Part shown: positions 26,461-32,000 of the stretch, in pieces
Position numbering within the stretch: the first letter of the stretch is position 1
Layout: each line of letters starts with the position of its first letter
The notes under the pieces: model-generated
Told to the model about the DNA's origin: nothing
The model's database searches: none
Seen by the model: only the letters and a program-made list of their open reading frames with translations
Made by a program: the position numbers and the translations under genes
NCBI RefSeq assembly: GCF_029267215.1
Contig: NZ_JARIDH010000032.1
Location: 14,909 to 46,908 of the forward strand
Origin: Clostridium sp.
GTDB taxonomy: Bacteria > Bacillota > Clostridia > Clostridiales > Clostridiaceae
DNA length: 32,000 bases
Direction of reading: 5' to 3'

Positions 26461-27459
26461 TTATTTACAACTATCTCTTTCAACCAACTTATGATTTAAG
26501 ACAAAATGGTCTTGTTCTAATGGTTTGTTATTTATTATTTTTATTAACATTCTCATAGCTATTGATCCCATATCATACATTGGTTGAGATACAGTTGTTA
26601 ATTTCGGATAGAATACGTGAGCTAAGTCTATATCATTAAATCCTATAACACTAACATTCTCTGGAACTTTTATTCCATTATCTCTTAATGCATTTATAGC
26701 ACCCATTGCTATCTCGTCAGAAGCACAGATTACACCCTCTATCTTCTGTCCTCTCTCTAGCATTGATTTAATTGCATCATATCCAGTTTTTACTTTTAAG
26801 TTCTTGAAATAAGTTAATTCTTCTTTCATTTCTATTCCAGCTTCTTTTAAAGCAGCTTGATATCCTTGAAATCTTTTACCCCAAGCATTATTTAAATCAC
26901 CTTCAACACCTATGAAAGCTATATTTTTTATACCTTTTTCTATTAAATGCTTAGTGGCTTCATATGTAGCTTTTTCATTATCAATTGTTACACTTGGAAA
27001 CTTACCATTTTGTTCATCGTTCTCAACTAAAACAGTTTTTAAATCTAACTCATTTATTAGGTTTAAAGTTTCCTCGCCTAATGATGAACTCATATAAAGA
27101 ACACCATCAACCATTTTCTCTTTAAGAACTCTTAAATATTCTTTTTCTTTTTCTAAATCTAAATCTGAATTACATAGCATAACATTATATTTATATATAT
27201 TTGCTACGTCTTCAGCACCTCTAACTATTTCAGGGTATATTTGGTTTGATATATCAGGAACTAATATTCCTATAGTTCTTGTTCTATGTGTTTTTAAACT
27301 TCTTGCAACTATGTTAGGTCTATAACCTAATTTTTTTATAGCTTCTAAAACTTTTTTCTTAGTTTCTTCGTTTACAACGTCTATGTCATTTAATACTCTT
27401 GAAACTGTTGCTATTGATACTCCGGCTTCTCTAGCAACATCTTTAATTGAAGCAGCCAT
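26461..27459 (-). CDS. ccpA: LacI-family regulator, catabolite control protein A-like
   Basis: HTH IKDVAREAGVSIATVSRVLN. Close by-eye match to B. subtilis CcpA across the effector domain (PDISNQIYPEIVRGAEDVANIYKYNVMLCNSD against [32 protein letters not shown]). Confidence 0.8.
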   Translation of the reverse strand: MAASIKDVAREAGVSIATVSRVLNDIDVVNEETKKKVLEAIKKLGYRPNIVARSLKTHRTRTIGILVPDISNQIYPEIVRGAEDVANIYKYNVMLCNSDLDLEKEKEYLRVLKEKMVDGVLYMSSSLGEETLNLINELDLKTVLVENDEQNGKFPSVTIDNEKATYEATKHLIEKGIKNIAFIGVEGDLNNAWGKRFQGYQAALKEAGIEMKEELTYFKNLKVKTGYDAIKSMLERGQKIEGVICASDEIAMGAINALRDNGIKVPENVSVIGFNDIDLAHVFYPKLTTVSQPMYDMGSIAMRMLIKIINNKPLEQDHFVLNHKLVERDSCK

Positions 27460-27515
27460 TTAACTCAACTCCTCTATACTTAACTTATTACCTATCTATT
27501 ACTCAGTACTTCAAT

Positions 27516-27544
27516 ATTATAATGATAACTTTTAATTTATACAA
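27516..27544 (-). promoter_or_regulatory. Candidate sigma-A promoter of the ccpA-like gene
   Basis: The minus strand reads TTGTAT, a 17-nt spacer, then TATAAT, about 55 nt upstream of the ATG. Confidence 0.5.
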
Positions 27545-27669
27545 GGAATTTGTGTAAATTGCTTAAATTCCTTATAACATTTTTAATTTAAAAACGTTTT
27601 CTCATTAATAATTGTAATAAAATTCAAAAATTAATTCAATGCAAAAAACTAATTATATGATTTAAATTT

Positions 27670-27698
27670 TCTACACTCAGTAAATTATGTTGTATAAT
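27670..27698 (+). promoter_or_regulatory. Candidate promoter of the rhodanese gene
   Basis: TCTACA, a 17-nt spacer, then TATAAT. Confidence 0.4.
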
Positions 27699-27776
27699 CA
27701 AATATATCAACAGTAATATGTTAACCACAGGTTGTTTATATTATAACATTTGAAAATTTATAGGAGGAAAATATAA

Positions 27777-28106
27777 ATGTATAAAGATATAGATATAAAA
27801 GAATCAATAAAATTAATAGAAGAAAATAAAGATTTACTAATCTTAGATGTTAGAACAGACGAGGAATATGAGTTTGATGGCTATATAAAGAATGCTAAAC
27901 TAATTCCTCTTGGAAAATTACTTTTTTCTCTAGATGAACTTTACGGTTATGAAGAATCTCCCATATTAGTTTATTGTAGAAGAGGTTCTAGAAGCATGCA
28001 GGCTTGTGAAATTCTAGAAGACAATGGATTTGAAAATCTTTATAATATGATGGGTGGATTTTCAAAATTAGTTAATGAAGGACCAAAGGAACTTTGGACT
28101 AAGTAA
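27777..28106 (+). CDS. Single-domain rhodanese-like sulfurtransferase
   Basis: LILDVRTDEEY and the active-site loop YCRRGSRS (C-R-x-G-x-R-S). AGGAGGA RBS. Confidence 0.85.
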   Translation: MYKDIDIKESIKLIEENKDLLILDVRTDEEYEFDGYIKNAKLIPLGKLLFSLDELYGYEESPILVYCRRGSRSMQACEILEDNGFENLYNMMGGFSKLVNEGPKELWTK

Positions 28107-28195
28107 ATTCATTAAAACTTATATTTCAATAATATATAAAGTATTTATTATTTTTATATTGTGTTGTTATATAAATTTATCATTTAAATAAAAAA

Positions 28196-28217
28196 AGAAG
28201 GTAATTTCTTACCTTCT
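28196..28217. terminator. Bidirectional terminator between the rhodanese gene and ileS
   Basis: AGAAGGTAA-TTTC-TTACCTTCT stem, flanked by an A-run and a run of 8 T. Confidence 0.7.
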
Positions 28218-28231
28218 TTTTTTTATTTAGA

Positions 28232-31200
28232 TTAAGCTCTCTTTTGAACAGCCATTTTTAATACTTCACCGTTTATTTTAGCTTCTGAGTAATCAGCTTC
28301 TCCGTTATAAACAACTTCTTCTGTTAAAGTTTCTTTCTTTATAACATCTTCAAATTTCTTGATTACATCTATAAGCATATCATTATCAGCAACGTAAAGA
28401 GTTATTTTATCAGCAACCTCAAATCCACTTTCTTTTCTCATGTTTTGGATTTTTGATATTATTTCTCTTACATGACCTTCTTCTCTTAACTCTGGAGTGA
28501 TAGTTGTATCTAAAACAACCCCAACTGAACCTTCACCAGCAAACGCAAATCCTTCTAATCCTTGCATTGTTACAAGTAAGCTTTCAGCATTTAACTCTAT
28601 TTCATTTCCATCTATAGTTATAACTTCTGTTCCACCATTTTGGATTTTTTGAGCTAATTCCATTTGATTTCTTGAAGCTATTTCTTTTCTTATAGCTGGT
28701 ATTAACTTACCATAAGCTCTTCCTAAAACAGGTAGGTTAGGCTTAATTTCAAAGTTAACATACTTAGAAAGGTCAGCTCCTAATTCTACTTCCTTAATAT
28801 TTAACTCATCCTTGATTATGTCTCCATAATATTCTGGAAGATCTGATGTTGAAAGAAGCATTTTTGAAAGTGGCTGTCTATTCTTAATATTAGCACCATT
28901 TCTAGCACTTCTTCCAAGCTTAACTATTTTATAAGCTAAGTCCATTTTCTCTTCTAATTCTTTATTTATAGCTGATTCATCAGCCACTGGCCACATTCCT
29001 AAATGTATGCTTTCTAAAGCATCTTTATCTAGGTTCACAACTAAGTTTTGGTATATTTCCTCAGTTATGAATGGTACGAATGGAGCGGCAACTTTACATA
29101 AAGTAACTAATACTCTGTATAAAGTAGTGTAAGCACCAATCTTATCATCAGTTAACTCTTCTGACCAATATCTTGATCTATTTCTTCTTACATACCAGTT
29201 TGATAACTCATCTGTAAACTCTTCAATTTCTAAAGCAGCCTGAGTGATTCTGTAGTTTTCTAAATGATTATCTACATCATTAATTAAAGTATTAAGTTTT
29301 GACATTATCCACTTATCCATTACGTTGTCTGATACGAAATCTTTGTAATCTAATGGATTAAACTTATCTAAGTCTGCATATAAAACGTAGAATGAGTAAA
29401 CATTCCATAATGTACTTAAGAATTTTCTTTGAGTCTCAGCAACATCATTGATTGAGAATCTAGTTGGTAACCACGGAGCACTTGCTGTGTAGAAATGCCA
29501 TCTAGTAGCATCAGCACCCTGTGAATTAAGTACTTCAAATGGATCTACTGCATTGCCCTTAGATTTTGACATCTTTAAGCCTTTGCTATCAAGAACGTGA
29601 CCTAAAACTATACAGTTTTCAAATGGATTTCTATCAAATATAGCAGTTGATATTGCTAGCATTGTGTAAAACCATCCTCTTGTTTGGTCAACAGCCTCTG
29701 ATATGAATTGAGCTGGGTAGTTTTGATCAAATAATTCTTTGTTCTCAAATGGATAATGAAGTTGTGCAAATGGCATTGATCCTGAATCAAACCAACAGTC
29801 AATAACTTCTGCTGTTCTCTTCATTTCTTTATTACAATGAGGACAATTTAAATGAACTTTATCAATGTATGGTTTATGAAGTTCTATATCTTCTGGAACA
29901 TTTATTCCTTTAGATTTTAATTCTTCAATACTTCCTATACATTCTCTGTGGCCACATTCACATTCCCATATTGGAAGTGGTGTTCCCCAATATCTATCTC
30001 TTGAGATACCCCAATCTATAACATTCTCTAAGAACTTACCAAATCTTCCGTTCTTAATGTTATCTGGGTACCAGTTTATCTTATCATTGTTAGCTAAAAG
30101 TTTGTCTCTTAATGTTGACATTGCAACAAACCAGCTGTCTTTTGGATAATAAAGAAGTGGTGTATCACATCTCCAACAATGTGGATATGAGTGAGTATGT
30201 CTTTCAGCTTTGAATAATTTATTTTCTTCTTTTAAATAATCAACTATTTGTTGATCACATTTCTTAACGAATTTTCCAGCCCATGGAGTTACTTCTTCAA
30301 CAAAGTTACCATTTAAATCAACTAAGTTTAAGAACGCTAATCCATTTTGCTTTCCAATTAAGTTATCATCTTCACCATAAGCTGGTGCTATGTGGACAAT
30401 CCCAGTACCATCTGATAATGTTACATAATCACCATGAACAACAACAAAAGATTTTCCTTCAGTTGGTGTTACGAATGGTAATAATTGCTCATATTCCATT
30501 CCTAATAATTCTTCACCTTTGAACTCTTTAACTATTTCGAATCCTTCTCCTAAAATTTTAGGTGCTAATTCTTTAGCTAAGATATATATTTCATCATTAT
30601 CAGCTTGCTTAGCTTCAACATAGTCATAAGCTTTGTTTATACATAAAGCTACGTTTGAAGGTAAAGTCCAAGGAGTTGTTGTCCAAGCTAAGAAGTATTT
30701 ATTATCTTCTCCTTTAACTTTGAACTTAGCAACGGCAGTTAAGTCCTTAACATCCTTATATCCTTGTGAAACTTCGTGTGATGATAAACTTGTTCCACAT
30801 CTTGGGCAATAAGGCATTGTTTTATAACCTTTGTATAGAAGGTTCTTATCCCACATTTGTTTTAATGCCCACCATACTGATTCTATGTATGGATTGTGGT
30901 AAGTAACATATGGATGCTCCATATCTACCCAGTAACCTATTTGCTCAGTCATTTTTTCCCACATGCTAACATATGTGAATACACTATCCTTACATTCAGT
31001 TACAAATTTCTCTACTCCATAATCCTCTATTTGAGGTTTACCTGATATTCCTAATTTCTTCTCTATTTCAAGTTCAACTGGAAGTCCGTGAGTATCCCAT
31101 CCTGCTTTTCTTATTACTTTATAACCCTTCATAACTTTATATCTTGGGATTATATCTTTCATAACCCTTGTTAAGATATGTCCTACGTGAGGTTTTCCAT

Positions 31201-31351
31201 TGGCAGTTGGAGGACCATCATAGAATGTGAAATATTCACCATCTTGATTCATATCAAAGTTCTTTTGGATTACATTTTTTTCTTTCCAAAGGTTTGCAAT
31301 TTCTTTTTCTACACCAACAAAACCTTTAGGCAATTCAACTTTTTTATACAT
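28232..31351 (-). CDS. ileS: Isoleucyl-tRNA synthetase, long (type-2, eukaryote-like) form
   Basis: [12 protein letters not shown] (HIGH), KMSKSKGN and a CP1 editing domain. At 1039 aa it has the long C-terminal extension characteristic of type-2 IleRS. AAAGGAG RBS. Confidence 0.95.
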   Translation of the reverse strand: MYKKVELPKGFVGVEKEIANLWKEKNVIQKNFDMNQDGEYFTFYDGPPTANGKPHVGHILTRVMKDIIPRYKVMKGYKVIRKAGWDTHGLPVELEIEKKLGISGKPQIEDYGVEKFVTECKDSVFTYVSMWEKMTEQIGYWVDMEHPYVTYHNPYIESVWWALKQMWDKNLLYKGYKTMPYCPRCGTSLSSHEVSQGYKDVKDLTAVAKFKVKGEDNKYFLAWTTTPWTLPSNVALCINKAYDYVEAKQADNDEIYILAKELAPKILGEGFEIVKEFKGEELLGMEYEQLLPFVTPTEGKSFVVVHGDYVTLSDGTGIVHIAPAYGEDDNLIGKQNGLAFLNLVDLNGNFVEEVTPWAGKFVKKCDQQIVDYLKEENKLFKAERHTHSYPHCWRCDTPLLYYPKDSWFVAMSTLRDKLLANNDKINWYPDNIKNGRFGKFLENVIDWGISRDRYWGTPLPIWECECGHRECIGSIEELKSKGINVPEDIELHKPYIDKVHLNCPHCNKEMKRTAEVIDCWFDSGSMPFAQLHYPFENKELFDQNYPAQFISEAVDQTRGWFYTMLAISTAIFDRNPFENCIVLGHVLDSKGLKMSKSKGNAVDPFEVLNSQGADATRWHFYTASAPWLPTRFSINDVAETQRKFLSTLWNVYSFYVLYADLDKFNPLDYKDFVSDNVMDKWIMSKLNTLINDVDNHLENYRITQAALEIEEFTDELSNWYVRRNRSRYWSEELTDDKIGAYTTLYRVLVTLCKVAAPFVPFITEEIYQNLVVNLDKDALESIHLGMWPVADESAINKELEEKMDLAYKIVKLGRSARNGANIKNRQPLSKMLLSTSDLPEYYGDIIKDELNIKEVELGADLSKYVNFEIKPNLPVLGRAYGKLIPAIRKEIASRNQMELAQKIQNGGTEVITIDGNEIELNAESLLVTMQGLEGFAFAGEGSVGVVLDTTITPELREEGHVREIISKIQNMRKESGFEVADKITLYVADNDMLIDVIKKFEDVIKKETLTEEVVYNGEADYSEAKINGEVLKMAVQKRA

Positions 31352-31429
31352 ATTGAAACTCCTTTCCTACTTCTTTAATATTTAAATTATTTACTTATAA
31401 TTGATTATTTAGCCAAAACTTTGTGAAAA

Positions 31430-31728
31430 ATAAAAAAACTCCATCCTAAAAGGACGAAGTTATATTCGCTATACCACCTAAAGTTAAATCCTATCTATTA
31501 ATTCAATTATAAATATTAAAAATTTGCATTTTTTGATAGGTATATTTAAAAGCACATATTATGCTCGCATCCTATAACGTGGATAAACGGGATAAACTTA
31601 ATAAGAATAGAATTCCTTTCAGTCACCAACTCCCAGGTGATTTTCCTTAAATATTCTTATAGTTTCACACCAACCAACTACTCTCTGAATAAGTTTCTAC
31701 TTAAGTACTTGCCCTGTTCACAGTCTTT
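31430..31728 (-). promoter_or_regulatory. T-box leader of ileS (AUC specifier)
   Basis: The minus strand has an AGUA S-turn side (GCAAGUA), an AGAGAG bulge and a GGTGTGAAAC distal loop. The specifier loop is GAAAAUCA, with AUC-A adjacent to the CCUG/CAGG helix. The T-box sequence is TTAGGTGGTATAGCG. The terminator is CUUCGUCC-UUUUA-GGAUGGAG plus UUUUUUU (31432-31459). Confidence 0.85.
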
Positions 31729-31734
31729 AAAAAA

Positions 31735-31764
31735 ATTATATAATAGCACTTTTGAAAAGTCAAC
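31735..31764 (-). promoter_or_regulatory. Sigma-A-type promoter of the ileS leader
   Basis: The minus strand reads TTGACT, a 17-nt spacer, then TATAAT. Confidence 0.6.
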
Positions 31765-32000
31765 GAAGTAAATCCATATATTTGAAGTATTTAGGTTTTA
31801 TTTTTCATTTCTATATAATTTTAAAATTTTTATAAATGTTAAATATACATTATTATATTTTAAAATTACATTTTACAAGTAATTTATATAAAGTTACTTA
31901 CTTTATTATAAAGTCAAATTAAAACCTATATTTTTAAACAAAATAAATCATATAATAAATAGCTTATGAATTAAATAACAAAAACTAATTAATAATTTTT

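Noticed and set aside
258-31378. Other antisense ORFs in the track (258-455, 1516-1725, 4344-4610, 5481-5693, 10170-10382, 14113-14328, 15315-15545, 19783-20079, 20599-20886, 22127-22510, 22941-23135, 24484-24816, 26912-27097, 30283-30522, 31178-31378)
   Set aside because: Each lies almost entirely inside a well-supported gene on the opposite strand. Each lacks a Shine-Dalgarno sequence and has the skewed composition expected from reading AT-rich coding DNA backwards.
31578-31597. DnaA-box-like CGTGGATAA and a tandem GGATAAAC-G-GGATAAAC
   Set aside because: It lies inside the ileS T-box leader on the transcribed strand. A single 8-of-9 match and a short direct repeat are not evidence of an origin or a DnaA-regulated site.
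1-32000. Looked for defence systems, CRISPR arrays, transposases or integrases, phage genes, toxin-antitoxin pairs, rRNA and tRNA genes
   Set aside because: None seen. Every long ORF has a plausible housekeeping, metabolic or membrane assignment apart from the two orphans at 971-3055. There are no regularly spaced repeat arrays, no terminal inverted repeats flanking a gene, and no tRNA-like cloverleaf segments.

Overview
This is a core-chromosome window from a very AT-rich, Clostridium-type Firmicute. Identification rests on gene content, Shine-Dalgarno usage and synteny; no database search was possible. About 27 of 31 genes lie on the minus strand. That strand carries the origin-proximal housekeeping block known from Bacillus and Clostridium: metG, a DUF445 gene, tatD, yabE-like, rnmV and rsmA(ksgA). 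It is followed by two orphan genes, then lgt and a truncated lipoprotein gene. Further right are a lysine-riboswitch-controlled NhaC-family transporter, a UbiB/ABC1 kinase-like gene with a phasin-like gene, pepP, adhE, spmA-spmB, a MATE exporter, a thioredoxin-CcdA pair with a small membrane protein, a ccpA-like regulator, a rhodanese and a type-2 ileS. Three cis-regulatory RNAs can be read directly from the sequence: T-box leaders upstream of metG and ileS, and an L-box upstream of the NhaC-family gene. Several sigma-A-like promoters and about 15 rho-independent terminators are also visible. I see no rRNA or tRNA genes, CRISPR array, transposase, integrase, phage gene or recognisable defence gene. 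I did not find a convincing novel multi-gene system, and the window looks like an ordinary core region. The items most worth a second look are (1) a monocistronic orphan 446-aa protein with a long K/E/D/Y low-complexity linker just downstream of rsmA, next to a 190-aa membrane-anchored orphan. (2) A perfect 20-bp palindrome in the divergent promoter region of the Crp/Fnr-family regulator, whose 8-mer arms recur in the hairpin ending the adjacent DUF445-tatD unit. (3) A structured, non-coding stretch of about 270 nt downstream of that regulator gene. (4) The UbiB-like/phasin-like and thioredoxin/CcdA/membrane-protein modules, whose roles in an anaerobe are unclear. All family assignments come from motif recognition by eye and need HMM or BLAST confirmation.
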